This document shows positions 36,147 to 50,049 of a DNA stretch of 64,000 nt, piece after piece. The notes under the pieces are model-generated. The model saw nothing but the letters and a program-made list of their open reading frames with translations. It made no database searches and was not told the origin of the DNA. The position numbers and the translations under genes were made by a program. Origin of the DNA: Podarcis liolepis (Eukaryota); assembly GCA_965112155.1 (NCBI GenBank), contig OZ218103.1; one strand, 5' to 3'. How positions within the stretch are numbered: the first letter of the stretch is position 1; each line of letters opens with the position of its first letter.

Positions 36147-37233
36147 TACAGGATTTCAAAGCCTCCCCACTCCTTGAAAAGCCTTCCTGGTATGAAGCCA
36201 AACCCTGGAAACTATAGTTAATTTAAACAACAACAACAACAACAAAAAGATTGATGATCCTGAATTGTCAAACCATAGTTTTAAGTTAGATGGCAATCCT
36301 ATACCCACATACATAGGAGCACGTCCCATTAGCTTTAATTATACTTACTTTTGTGTGCACATTATAGGATGGTGCAGTTAGTCTTTTAAACGAACTCTAG
36401 TTGTGTCACACGATGGTATGTACTGTGTAGTTTGCCCCTTGTATATGGAGGTGGTTGTTAGCAGTGGACACTTCTTCCATATTTTATTTCTTTTTCGCAT
36501 TCCTTTTGATTTGGATATATTTATACAAGTGAAATTTACATAGCATAGACTGTATGCATTGGGCAAGCATGTCATGAACAGGGAAGAGAAAGGGTTCTTT
36601 TTGTAAGGTATACATTTTTAAAACTTATTTAAAATTTAACTTACAATTTTGTTGTGCACATTGAATATGGATGTACAGTAGATTAAAAAAACAATTTTGC
36701 TTGTTTTTTTAAAATAAATATGTGCAACCTGTTTTTCCAGAGAGTGAAACACAAGTGCACTCCTAGGAAAAATCTATATAGCCTCCTTTCCCCATAAACT
36801 ATCCAATCTTGTTAACAGAAAAGTTTGAAACAGCTGTTTTGGGGTTTGCGCAGTTTCTTTCTCCTGTTTCACTTAATGTAATGAGCAGCCGCTCTGTGAT
36901 GTCAGCTCATATTTAAAGTTATGGGTGAGCTGAGAAGTGAAGAAAGAAAATTTTTGCCAGGCACAATTCTTGTGTCCCTATATCTTTTGTTGGTGGTGGT
37001 CCTGGTGTTGGCTGTGGAGGAAAAAACAATGCAATCTATACCTGTCTGTTCAGTAGTAAGTCCCATTCAGAATAGCGGGACTTAATCCCAGGTAAGTGTA
37101 CATATGCCTTCATGTTTTCACCTCCATGGATGGAGCTGCACAGCCCATGGAGATTGTGCAATCAATGGCTACTAGTCATAATGTCTGTGAGCTAACTAGG
37201 ATCAAAGGCCACATACCTCTGAAATAATACCAG

Positions 37234-38772
37234 GTTTTGTTTTTTTTATTAAGTTCTTTTTTGAGACAAAAACATACAGGGTGGGGGAACAAAAACATAC
37301 AAGCGAACAACACAGTAAAATAAAGAAAAAAGACTAAGCAACACATCAAACAAAGAAAACAAACGAGAAACAAACCAGCATCCATTCATAACGTAACAAT
37401 GCTTGACTTCCCTCCATCTCGGCTTTGGGCTATGTGACTACAGTACCTTTCTGCGGTATCATTTTACAACCTTCATCTATACGTCACAGGCTTTATGTTA
37501 CACCTACTGTGATTTTAATATTCCCTAAATGTGCTTCTATGTATGTTATGAATTTCTTCCAATCGTTAATAAATTTTACACTTTTTTGATACCTGGTTTT
37601 TTGTGTCATCTTTGCTAATTCTATATACTCGCATAATTTAATTTGCCATTCTCTAACAGTTGGGATATTAGGGGTTTTCCAATTTTGCGCTAGCAATATC
37701 CTGGCGGCTACCGTTGCGTATTGGAACATTGTTTGGTCTTCTTTCTTGATTTCCTCTCCGACCATTCCCAGGAGGAAGGCTTCGGGTTTTTTGGGGAAAG
37801 TATATTTCAATTTTTTTTTTAATTCATCATAAATAAGTCCCCAAAACCTTTTCACTTCATCACAGGTCCACCACATGTGGTGGAAATCACCCTCCGGTTT
37901 TGTCTCCGGTCTTATACATTTTTTCCAATTTCACAGGAGTGATGTACCAACGGTACATCATTTTTTCCATATTTTCTCGAAGTCCAACACATGCTGTGAA
38001 CTTCATATCCTTGTTCCAAAGTTTCACCCACCTATCGTAATCTAGGTTGTATCCAAGATCTATGGCCCATTTGACCATAACTTCCTTTATCTCTTCATCC
38101 TTAGTATCCCAATCTAGTAAATGATTATACATTTTGGATAGGAGTTTGGAATTGCCTTCTAGTATTTCCACTTGGTATCTGGACTTTTCTCATTCATCCC
38201 TGTTTTTTTATGTTCGTTCCATAAGGCGTTAATTTGGTGAAATTGTAGCCAACCTGTTAATTTATCCTTTAAATCTTCATATGTTCTGATTTTCCATCCT
38301 TTATCTGATCTTACCAGGAGGTCTTCATAGGTCCATCTTTCACTTTCCATGTTTAATTTTTTGATTGTTAGAATATCAATTGGTGATAGCCACCAGGGGG
38401 TGTCTTTTTCTATAAGTCTTTTAGTTCTATCCCATACCTCAAGCAACGCTCCTCTGATGATATGGTTAGAGAAGCCTTTATGTACCCTCTCTTTATTGTG
38501 CCACAGATATGCGTGCCAACCGAATCTGGTGTTAAATCCCTCTAAATCTAACAAATCTGTGTTTTTCAAGACGATGCATTCTTTGATCCAACACAAACAC
38601 GAGGCCTCATAGTATAGTTTCAAGTTCGGGACAGCAAACCCTCCTCTGTCTCTTCGATCTGTAAGTAGCTTAAATTTAATTCTTGCTCTTTTACCCTGCC
38701 AAATAAATCTGGAAAGGGTTTTCTGCCAATCTTTAAACATTGTCGTACCTCTAATCACCGGGATGTTCTGAA
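37234..38772 (-). mobile_element. 5'-truncated L1-clade LINE (frameshifted ORF2 C-terminus + 3' UTR)
   Basis: ORF pieces FIWQGKRARIK...GGFAVPNLKLYYEA, KMMYRWYITP, HMWWTC...FW; A-rich tail; 13-bp TSD GAAATAATACCAG (37221-37233, 38773-38785). Confidence 0.92.
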
Positions 38773-38911
38773 GAAATAATACCAGTTTTTAGGGATCAAT
38801 AGCAGAAGGGAGCTGTTCCGGTCATGTCCTGCTTGTGTGCTTCCATTAAGAATTTGGCTTGTTGCTGCAGAAAGCAGGACTCTAGACTGGGCAGTCCTTT
38901 GGCCTGAGCTA

Positions 38912-39175
38912 CCAGATCCTGAAGCTGAGGCTCCAATACTTTGGCCACCTCATGAGAAGAGAAGACTCCCTGGAAAAGACCCTGATGTTGGGAAAGATGG
39001 AGGGCACAAGGAGAAGGGGACGACAGAGGACGAGATGGTTGGACAGTGTTCTTGAAGCTACCAACATGAGTTTGACCAAACTGCGGGAGGCAGTGGAAGA
39101 CAGGAGTGCCTGGCGTGCTCTGGTCCATGGGGTCACGAAGAGTCGTACATGACTCAACGACTAAACAACAACAAC
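38912..39175 (+). mobile_element. BovB (RTE) LINE 3' fragment
   Basis: LKLRLQYFGHLMRREDSLEKTLMLGKMEGTRRRGRQRTRWLD...HGVTKSRT; (CAA)n tail. Confidence 0.95.
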
Positions 39176-40397
39176 CAGGACTTCTCTTACATTCTTATGT
39201 TAGTCCGTGCTGCTTGCAGAATTGCCTTCGTATGTGGCGTGCATGAACTACAAATCTCTTGGGCTCTGCTCTAGCTTAGCGTCACAAGTCTGTCAAAGTG
39301 CTTTGGAGATTAATAGTTGGTTTCATTTCCAGGAATAACCAACCAACCAACAAAAAACATTTGCTGCTACCAGAACATCCGTTGTTCATTCATTCATTCA
39401 TTCATTCCTGTCAAGTTCTCAGTTTGGCATAAGATACGTTTTTTATGTGGAACATGAGGTGAAAGTATTCAGAAAACATACCCTTATATTCTGCTGCATC
39501 TGCCAAAAAAGGGTGAACACATATATCCCTTCAGTAAACTACAAGGAACATTTGATTTGCAAATTTTCCTGGTCAGGAGTAACTGCAGTCATGTATGACT
39601 GGGACATAAAAGCACTCCCCTGTAATTGAAATTCCACAAATCGAGCGGGGAGGGAGAAACCCTCTCTGAGCAGCTGAAATGATTAGTTATACCTTTTAGC
39701 AAAAGGGTGTGATCCCTCAGGGTAGCGGACCCGGTTTATAGTGTTCTTTATGAAAACAACCTCTGTTCATTCTGCTCCAAGGCAATGCGATAAATAACCT
39801 TGCCTATTTGACATACAGTGTTACATACAGCCCGATACGTAATTTAACACTGATGCAAACAGTGTTATCTGTTAGCTAGGGAAATTGTGCTATGGCTTCA
39901 AAAGCAAGGAGGTGGGTTTTAATTGACATACTGATTCTGAAATGCAACTGCCATTCATATCAGTGATTGCAGGGAGGGGGGAACCCTTTGCTCTTGGTTA
40001 GCAGACAAGAGAAACCTGCAATAAAATGCTGCAGCATGGAGTGCACCTCTTCAGGGTGCTAGCCAGCCCATTTCCAGGGCACTCCATTGCATTTCTCCTC
40101 CCACCTTCCTGCTCCACAATAGGCACTCAGCATTGTGTGACCACAAGAGCATATTCTGTCTTCATTAGGATGTTTTGGGGTCCCTCATAGGGGTTATCCT
40201 CCCTGTTTTGTTGTGTGTCTACAAATCTTGGAGTTCATCCAAGCTTGCTAATACCTTCATCTTGCGCATGAGTGGTGCCATTTTGGCTATATATGGAGTT
40301 TTATTCTGAATAGACCCGCTGAAATGAATGAGCATGACAATGTTATGTCCATTGATTTCAGTAGGTCTACTCTTAAGGTCTACTAAGTAAACTTAGT

Positions 40398-40749
40398 AAA
40401 AGGTAAAGGGACCCCTGACCATTAGGTCCAGTCGTGGCTGACTCTGGGGTTGCAGCGCTCATCTCTCTTTATTGGCTGAGGGAGGCGGCGTACAGCTTCC
40501 AGGTCATGTGGCCAGCATGACTAAGCCGCTTCTGCTGAACCGGAGCAGCGCACGGAAATGCCGTTTACCTTCCCACCGGAGCGGTACCTATTTATCTACT
40601 TGCACTTTGACGTGATTTCGAACTGCTAGGTTGGCAGGAGCAGGCACCGAGCAACGGGAGCTCACCCCATTACGGGGATTCGAACCGCCGACCTTCTGAT
40701 TGGCAAGTCCTAGGATCTGTGGTTTAACCCACAGTGCCACCCACATCCC
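40398..40749 (-). mobile_element. Sauria SINE (full length)
   Basis: AAAGGTAAAGG = reverse of the ACCTTT tail; B box GGTTCGAATCC on the - strand; TSD AGTAAA(A)CTTAGT at 40386-40397/40751-40763. Confidence 0.92.
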
Positions 40750-42337
40750 TAGTAAAACTTAGTCAGCTACCATTCAGGGAGTTATATGAGGCCAAATGTA
40801 TACCAGTTATACTGTTTGTGTTTTTAAAATATTTTGATTAAAAATTTGGTAGACTTTGGCTGCTATGCAGCATATACTTACTTAGAAGTAATCAATGCAT
40901 GCAAAAAGTCCTATTTTCTGTCCCTGGCATCTCCAGTGGGATTGGAGGCAACCTAAGCCATCTTTACCCATTAGACTGTTGAAAGTAACTGTTTCATATC
41001 TTCAGGCCATTCTTTCATTTCATTGTGGCATTTTATAGAATTAGCCATTCAGGGTTTCTAACTGCAAAATTAAGTATGGATTACATTAGCTTGGGATATA
41101 TATATATTGTGTGTTCTGTTAAGCAGCAATAAAGATAATTGGTTTCACTTTTGCAAGTTGTCATAATAATCTGGCACTTCAAAACCACATAAAAAGCAAA
41201 TTTTGGCTTTGACTTTTGGGCGAGACTTGTTTGAGGAAATAGTTTAAAAAAATCAAACCCAGATATTTCCGCCTATGGATTTGTGTCTGCATTGGAAATA
41301 GTGACACACCAATAGAAAAGTGGCAACCAGAGCAAGCATTGAGAAAGATAATCATTCCTCTCACAGACATGTGATATTACAGCTAATTTAGTAACTGATA
41401 TTCTGTTGGAGGTGTCACGGATGTCAACTTGGCAACCCTGCAAGCTTCCTAGAGGGGGTTGTTCAAGTAATTGCTTCCTCCTTAAACAAGGTTTGCCAAA
41501 CCCTAACCCCTCAAACGCAGTTGACACCATTTGCATAATATGCACTCCAAGTGCCCTAATCATGCATTATGTACAAAATTAATCTGTCTGATTTGCATAA
41601 CTTATTCGGACTGATTCGTTCCACTTCCACCAAATACTACAAGCTGTGAGAAAAGCAGAAGTGAAATATGCTTTAACCTGTTTTGTTGTTTAATGCCTGT
41701 TTATGCTCACAGTTGGCCTGTCAGAAATAAAACAGGGTATATTCAGCTAGGGCACATATGCATATTTCTGACCTCATAAACTGCTCCAGCAACACCAGAA
41801 GCAGTCTTTCCAGATGCTACCTCTTGTCTACCTGGCATTACTAATATCACACATGAACTGAGAGGTGTAACACAGTATCCTCTGTTACCTACTCAGGCGA
41901 ATTGCTTCTCTTGGCAGTTACAACAAAAGGGAAGCAAGACAATCAGATTCAGGCTTGATGCTATTGTACAATGACTGGCAGGCTAGCCTGGGATCCAGGA
42001 GGTCCTGGGCCAACTCAGCCCTGCACCTGCGCTTGCAGTTTCCAATTTTTGCTGTTTTCACTGTTCCCACTGGCAGAGGATGCTTTGAGTGGATTCTTGC
42101 CCACTCACACATTTGGCAGCTGGCAAGAGGCCAGTTGATTTGGGAGAGCTGGGTGGTCACCTCTGCCTAATGCAACCTTCAGATCCAGTCTGGGAGGGTT
42201 GCTCTGTCCCTGTTTTATTGTTTACTGATGGACAACTGTATGGTTTCATTGTGTTTTATTTGTATTGTATTGGCATTGTTCCAATACAATTGTTCCATTT
42301 TATAATGGATAGTGGATAGATAACAAATAATGGATAG

Positions 42338-42340
<3 letters not shown>

Positions 42341-42382
<42 letters not shown>
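42341..42382. repeat. (AC)n microsatellite
   Basis: Direct reading. Confidence 0.95.
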
Positions 42383-42384
<2 letters not shown>

Positions 42385-42787
42385 ATATATGCCTTCAGCA
42401 CCAACAAATCCAAGACATTCCCGAATCGTAGCATGCATCCATGATTTAATAGGAGGATGAATATGCTCCAGTAGATTTTGCCTCCATTGCTAGTATCCAT
42501 GTAGCACTCATACAGGTTGATATTTGCAAACCAGCTCTGGGGATTTAAAAGCACAGGTCCCTCAACTTATGCATTCAAATCCTCTAGTAGATGGCTTTGA
42601 AATCCTTAGCCACGGTGTTTCATGTTTGAGGACTCACCAGTCTAGTTTCATAACTGTCATTTAAATATCCAAGAAATCAAGACTAATTCCGTGAGGCTGT
42701 GTATCTTTAAATCCTCTTTAAGGTTTTTTGTTATTATTTTTGAAAACCACAAGGTTGAAGTGTCTTTAAAATTCTGTTCATGTAGAA

Positions 42788-42925
42788 CAGGTGTGGGGAA
42801 CTTTAGGCCTACTGGATGTTGCTGAACTACAACTCCCATCATGCCCGGCCATGAGTCATGCTTGCTGGGGCCAGTGGGAGTTGTAGTTCAGCAACATTTG
42901 AGGAGACAAAGGTTCGCCACATCCA
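42788..42925. mobile_element. Short hAT-type MITE with internal palindrome
   Basis: TGTTGCTGAACTACAACTCCCA...TGGGAGTTGTAGTTCAGCAACA; 8-bp TSD ATGTAGAA (42780-42787, 42926-42933). Confidence 0.88.
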
Positions 42926-43469
42926 ATGTAGAACAAATCCCTAGTCTACCAGGCATACAGTATTGTGGCCAAGCCTTCATGTGGCAGTCTGGAAGTGCTT
43001 TTGGCCTCTTTGAAGCAAAGCAGAGCATCCCAGTGGAACTATAGTTACATGTTTACAGGGCCTCCTGACAGTCACCTATGATACAGTATGCAGGGAGCAT
43101 ACTGGAGCCTTTAACAACTGTGTAGCATGCAGAAATTCTACAATTTAAGACTGGAAATGCAATTATCTGGAAAGTTCTAGCTTTTCACATTTTTTTCTGT
43201 CAGATATTTTATTATGTGTGCGGACGCTTATTTGTTATGGAACCCTCCAGTACATCTGCAAAAGAAGATACAAATTGCATATGATACAAAGCTTGTGCAA
43301 ATCTTGTGTCCTCATTTGTGAGTGACTGAAGGACCCAATCCACATATAGTAGGCCTAGAAAATCCTGTTGGCACCCCAGAACAGAAGTAGTGATACACAT
43401 CCCACTGAACGGGAGGAGGCATGTATAGTAACACAACTGTTTATTAAATTAACACTAAATATGGGTGTC

Positions 43470-44195
43470 AAGATGGCATCCTTATTGGCCACAATGACAG
43501 ATGCCTTTGTTACACCCCATTTGGATTACTGTAATGAGCTCTACATGGGGCTGCCTTTGAAAAATGCTCAGAAAGTTCAACTGGCTCAAAGAGCTCCAGC
43601 CAGATTGTTAACCAGGGCTGGTTATAGGGAGTAGATGACTCTTGCTACAAATGCTCCACTGACTATCAGTTTCCATGCACAGTTCAAATGCGGGTTATGA
43701 CCTATAAAGCCCTACATGTCTTACATCCAAGCTACCTAAAAGACTGTATTTCCTCATACAAACCTGTCCATGTTTTGAAATATTCAGGGGATTCTCTTCT
43801 CTCGCTCCCACCACCTTCACAGGCACGCTTGGTAGAGATGCAAGAGAGGGCCTTTTTGGTGGTGGCTTCTCCCAGACAACTTTGGAACTCCCTCCCTAGA
43901 GAGGCTAAACTGCCTCCCTCCTTACTGTTATTCTGCTGGCAAGTGAAGACATTCTTGTTCCAACTCTATCATTTGATGAAAGGGCTGGTACCGTGCTGTG
44001 TTTGTTGTGATTGTATGTTTTTAATACTAGATAGATAAATAGATAGATAGACAGAGAAATAGATAGATAGTTTTAATACTATCAGTGTTTATTTGTTTTT
44101 AAACAATTGTTCTTTCTATGTTTTTAGTAGTTCTTGTTCTTCTCTGTAAGCGCCCTAGAGTTCCTGTCAGGTAAAAAGGCGGAATAGAAATAGTA
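43470..44195 (+). mobile_element. Old L2-clade LINE 3' part
   Basis: Decayed ORF2 C-terminus AFVTPHLDYCNELYMGLP...TYKAL...RAFLV...LWNSLP. Confidence 0.85.
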
Positions 44196-45073
44196 GATCA
44201 ATAAGATACCACAGTCTCATATTTGTTGCTTCAAAGGATTGAAAAATGTACTCCTAGTTTTGTAGACCCTGCCAGTCATAATTACGCCATTTATGATTAG
44301 GGTACTCTTGAGAGATTTCATTCTCTCGTACAGAATAAAACATCTCAAGCCAACTAAGATCAATCTTTCAGATTGCATGAAATCCAGGACTGTAGGGCTC
44401 TCATGTCCAAACAGACCATTTGCAGTGGAGAAGAAATTCATAAGTGCATAGCCATCATGCCAGACCATTATTCTCTCTCCTCGCTACCTCCCTATGGCTC
44501 TTTTTATTGCTGATTTCTTTTATTCTGCGTAACCTAAGAATCAATCCTGAGGGTTGATGAGCCTGTTTTTGTATCTGCTTTAGAGTCTTCACCTTTTGAA
44601 AATGTTACCCTGAGACATTTTAGCCTTTAGTAGCAATTTATAATGCAATTAAATTTCTGCTCCTATTTTTTGACTATGTGCCTTTTCTTGTATGCTGCAT
44701 CTCGGAATTATCCCAATTATATTTCTGTTCACAAAACATTGCATATTCTGTCTCACCAATGTACTTACTGGGTTGCTGTTGGGTTTTTTAATAAAAAAAT
44801 CTCTACAAGCTCTGTAAATGGTTGCGAAGGTTGCTATTTAGAGTTTCAAACCCCATTGCCCCCACCCTTCACTCTATTCCCCATCGTGTTCAAGACAGTG
44901 TGTGCTCACTGTGTACTCCTGGACCCTCTTCGATCTCCCCTTCCCTATAAATGAGGGACCCAGGCACAGTCTTCACACACTCCCTCTTGTATTGCCAAAT
45001 GTTTCTTAGCAGCATCACAACCACAGCACCAGAATAACCAGAAAAATGCTGGACTACAAGGCAGTACAAAGAA

Positions 45074-45660
45074 TGAGCCAGCAGTAAATCACACCATTCA
45101 AAGTTGGAGTTAACTCTTGATTAGCAAAAACACGGTCTCCACAGACTTGGCCTAAAGAGCACAGCAGCTCATTCCTGGCGGGTCTTTCTCCATGAAATCA
45201 GTTGCCGAGACTGAAAGTCAGTCCACTCCTCCCCAGAGTCATCTAAGTCCCCTCCTCTCCAGGGCTTTCCCCAAACAATAGGAGACTGTGCCTGTGTGCA
45301 GCCAATTTGTCCTCTGTCCTTTTCATGCCTCTCTTGGTTCTGGGGCACAGGATGGGAGATGAGCTTGTCGCAGCACATGACTCTTCACCAGCCTGACTCA
45401 TCTCTGCCTCGACCTCCTTCCTCCCAGTCACCTGCTTCAGCCTCTGCATCTGATCCTGGACTTGTCTCTGCCACTGACTCTCCCAGCTCACTGAACCCTG
45501 TTATCTCTTCCGCTTCTGACACCTTCTCTTCCCCGTCTTCTCCATCTGACCACTCATCGCTGTCCCACCACCAGTCCCCCGGGCTCTGAGCCTTTTCCCT
45601 TTAGTGGTTCCCCAGCTTGTTCCTCCCACCAATAATACTCTGGTGGCAATCTGGGATAAC
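45074..45660 (-). mobile_element. LTR-like repeat, same family as 685-1195 (boundaries approximate)
   Basis: Shared AAGAGTTAA near the 3' end and shared CCAG(G/A)ACCAA(A/G)AGAGG...CACACAGGC block. Confidence 0.55.
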
Positions 45661-47825
45661 CATAATAATAATAGAAAGCTTAAAAAGAATGAATGGCATA
45701 AACTTTATTCCACAGTGGAATACAGAGTTCATATTTCTACCAAAAACACCAAGTATTTATGAATGCTGCCAAAATACTCATATTTAGTGGAAATGTGCCA
45801 ACCATGAGACTGTTTTGCATGCTTTTAAAATAAAATTATCAGACATGTAAACAAAGCAGAGATTCTTCTCTCTGTTCCACAGTGAAAAGGGACAGCAATG
45901 GAGTTGTTGCTGCGTCCTTGCTGATTCCCCAAGCCCATCTGTCTGATCTATGCTTACACAAATCTACATGAGCAGAGAGCTCCATTAAAGTCAATTAGGC
46001 AACATATTGACACAGGAAGGCTGCAGAAAGCATGCAGGAGCTCAGATCAGGTTACTCAACTGGACTTGTGCACACGCTGGGATGAAGGTTAGCTTCCCTG
46101 CTGCTGTCTCTCTTGTGACCTTGATCAAGCTGCTGAGGCCACTACCTTTAAAGTATGGGGAAGGGTCGTAGCCCAGGGACAGAGCATCCACTTTGAAGGC
46201 AGAAGATATCAGGGTCAATCCCTCACATCTTCTGAATCCTTACCAGGGCAGAGCTACTTACCTGGAGAGAGATAGTGCGTCTTCCGTTATCCACGTTTAA
46301 ACTTCCAGTTTAATGTGTAACATGTGGAGCTACCTTTGAAGAGTTTTAAACTGCATTTAATTCAGAATTCAGCAACAAGAGGAAGATCCACAGTAATTCA
46401 GAGTATTCCAGAGTTACAGTATTCCTGTCAAGATAGGCAGGCAGCCAGTATCTGTACTTTTCAGAAACAACTGAAGACATTTTTCTTTCAACAAGCTTTC
46501 CCAGGTGTTTGGCTAGGTCTCCATCATAGGGGTCTATTTTGTATTGTTTTAAAATTTACCCGTTGTTTTTTTCTGTGTTGTTTCAAAACCATTTTAGCTC
46601 TTTTATTGCATTTTGTACACCACCTTACCTGAGACGTGTGTGCGGAAGGCAATGATAATGATAAAAATAATGCATTCTCATATATATATAGAGAGAGAGA
46701 GCAAGAGAGAGAGAGTTTCTTTCATTACAAATACATGATATAATAGTCACAGAACAAACTTTACATGTATCACTCTTACAGTGGTCTCCAAGGAAAATTA
46801 AATCAATAACCCCTCTAAAAAACCCAGCCCCCAAGTATCAAATAACCTATACCATGTTTTATCTTTTATACTACTTAAACGATATCAGGTCACAATGTTT
46901 ATTTTGCCTTTCTTTTCATAAGTTATATGTAGATGGTGGGTCTCCCAGGCCATCAGCACCTTTATATATTGAATAAAACAATACTAAGTGTTGACAAAGT
47001 TGTCTGAAACTGTTTGTTTCTTTGAGTCTTTTTAAACACTGAGTGATTCCCCCCCCCCCATTAAGGCTATATACCAGACCTTTTGCACCCAATGTTCCAA
47101 AATGAAGTAATTTGCAGTTTTCCAGTGTTGACCTATGGTTTGATGTGCTAGAAAGGTGATTAGATTCCATTAATTGTTATTTCCCCAGGCTTTTAACCCT
47201 TGCTGGATACTCACACACACTGCCTACCATATATTTTTGAAAGTGGTTTGTCTATCAGTCTGCCTATTTTCTATGCATTCTATGCAGATCATCACCCAGT
47301 TTGACATGATGGTTCCTGTTTTTGGAGGAGCCCATTTTTATCCATGTTTGGATGGGGTGGGCGCCATTTTGAATCTAGATGGCGGACCGAAGTGTTCCAG
47401 AATACACTGATTTTGATGCCTCTGAAGATATTGTCACCCCATGTTGAGCCACCTGAAGCTCTCCTGGGCTGTTAGGTGGGGGGCACTGGGTGGGAAGGAC
47501 AGATAGGCAACCTCTGCTTTTGAACAGCCCTGCACTGCACTTTTGATGTGCTTGTTCCCAGCAAAAGAACACACACGTGTGCATTCATACTGAGCTGAAT
47601 TGAACCCTCCCTTCACCAGATGGTGAGTCGAAAGTGCAATCTTGCTAGAGGCATGGGGCTGCTCTGCCAGTGTATTGCCTGAAGTGAACGTGCTGGGGAA
47701 GCAGACTCCAGCACACACACCCTTAAAAAAATCCTGGGAACTATAGTTTGCCCTTCACAGAACTACAATTCCCAGCAGCCTTAATCTACAGCTTCCATGT
47801 TGCTGGGGGGTGCTTTGAATAAATA

Positions 47826-47952
47826 GAAGACATCTGAAGGCAGCCCTGTTTAGGGAAGCTTTTGATATCTGGTGAATTATTGTATTTTAATGTTTTGTTG
47901 GAAGCCGCCCAGAGTGGCTGGGGAAACGCGTCAGATGGGCGGGATATAAATA

Positions 47953-47987
<35 letters not shown>
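47826..47987 (+). mobile_element. L2-type LINE 3' end with (TTA)n tail
   Basis: GAAGACATCTGAAGGCAGCCCTGTTTAGGGAAGC...GCCGCCCAGAGTGGCTGGGG. Confidence 0.8.
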
Positions 47988-49701
47988 GTGGTGCCCACAA
48001 TTGTCTTCGCTTTGAAATACATTGCTTTTGGAACTGCAGAGCTGCTGAGGGCAAGGGCCCTGGATCTTTGCCATTCCTCATCCAATAGCATCCCTTTCAT
48101 ATGTCTTTGGTTTAGGTTATTGATAGGCATTTTTCTTTTTTAAATGAGATAATCATCTCCTACTCCCCTGAATCTTAGCTTGAAACTATTGAGTCCTCTT
48201 TGGTGTCATCTAGGATTCATTTACAGGGCAGCAGTATATAAGTGTGTGTGTTTTAATATCTCCATGGTGACTATTTTCACTTCTCCAGAATCAAAGCACT
48301 AGAATGAAAAGAGGCCATTGAGTCTGACATGAACGTGTCCTCCATATTCATCATCAAAACGAATGTCTCAGAGCATTTCTGGCATCCATTTTCTTTATGA
48401 GAAAGGCACTGTAATTTGCCCATCAGTTGACAAGGTTTTAGGGCAGCACTTAACATCCCAGTTGCTCTGACAATTGGCAAAGTGTTTCATTTTTCCCAGC
48501 AGGACTAATATAAGAAGCTGTTACAGATGATGGTATAAAAAGGGTGTAGTGCCTCCATTTGCAATGTGCCTCTTCCATTGACAGCAGGGGAAAGGGAGGG
48601 GATGAAATCTCTAGAGTGCCCAAGAATAAAGAATTTATTGGCCCAACACGTTTCAAATTAAAATTCTTCAGGGGCACTACCAATAAGAACAATGAACATT
48701 ATTTATAGCGTCAGATGTCATTAATAGCCATTATACAATCTCTAGGAAAATTATCAGTATCATTAAAATATCAATAATAAAGGGAAAGTACAGAAAATAT
48801 CTTGTGATAATTTTGTTTATATAAATAGCTGGGGGGCGGAAAAGGCTTCATAATCCTTAAGTTTTACACACACAAGAACACACAGATAAATGTAGATAAA
48901 TTTAGGTAACTTGATAAATAATGCCGAAAATGTTGCACATAGTTTATAAATGTCTTTATCTGGTATTCGCATAAGCTGGTATATTTGTATGGGAGTAAAG
49001 GTGTCCCCCACCCCAAACAAAATTGAATGGGAATAAGAGGTTAAGAAAAGGAGAAATGCCTTTGACCTCCCCTCTTCTGCCATCACAAGCCCAGCAGAAA
49101 TTTATATTTGGTGATTCCTGCACCTCAGATTCCTCCTCTCCTGCCTGCCTCAGATTGACCTGCCCATGAATCTACATCACTATAGAATAAAAATATCGTC
49201 AATGTAACACAACCAAATGGGAAGTGATGACGTTCACAACAGTAAATGCTACATTTTATAAATTATTTTTATTCACTATTTAAATTTCTTGACCCCTTTT
49301 GTCACCTATAGTGGAGCGGTTTCCAGAATTAAACTATCAGTTGTTACAAAAATACATAAAAAGCAGCCAAAAAGTACTGAGAACAGACAGTGGCCTCACT
49401 GCTTGACCCCAGATGCCTGGCACATAAGAATGTTTTGACTTTGACTTGATCTATCAGGGTCTCTGACATCTGAACTTCTGGTTTTTACTTTCCTATACTT
49501 TATTAGCCACCTTTCCAGGGAGAAACGCTGCTCACAGAAAAGTCAGTAATGTATTCTTGGTCAATCCAGCAAAGGAGATCCATGAGCAGAATCAGGTTTC
49601 TGTCCACAAGGTGCGGTCTTGCAATATTAGTCTTGGTGGTCCCATAGAATTTCTGGTGTAGAGGTGGATGTGCCTACTAATTCAGGGCCTACTAATTACC
49701 T

Positions 49702-50049
49702 GGGACGCGGGTGGCGCTGTGGGTTAAACCACAGAGCCTAGGACTTGCTGATCAGAAGGTCGGCTGTTCGAATCCCCACGACAGGGTGAGCTCCCGTTGT
49801 TCGGTCCCAGCTCCTGCCAACCTAGCAGTTCGAAAGCACGTCAAAGTGCAAGTAAATAGGTACCGCTCCGACAGGAAGGTAAACGACGTTTCCGTGTGCT
49901 GCTCTGGTTCGCCAGAAGCAGCTTAATCATGCTGACCACATGACCCGGAAGCTGTACGTCGGCTCCCTCGGCCAATAAAGCGAGATGAGCGCCACAACCC
50001 CAGAGTCAGTCATGACTGGACCTAATGGTCAGGGGTCCCTTTACCTTTA
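49702..50049 (+). mobile_element. Sauria SINE (full length)
   Basis: Pol III A box TGGCGCTGTGG, B box GTTCGAATCC, tail CCCTTTACCTTT; inverted homolog of 40398-40749. Confidence 0.92.
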
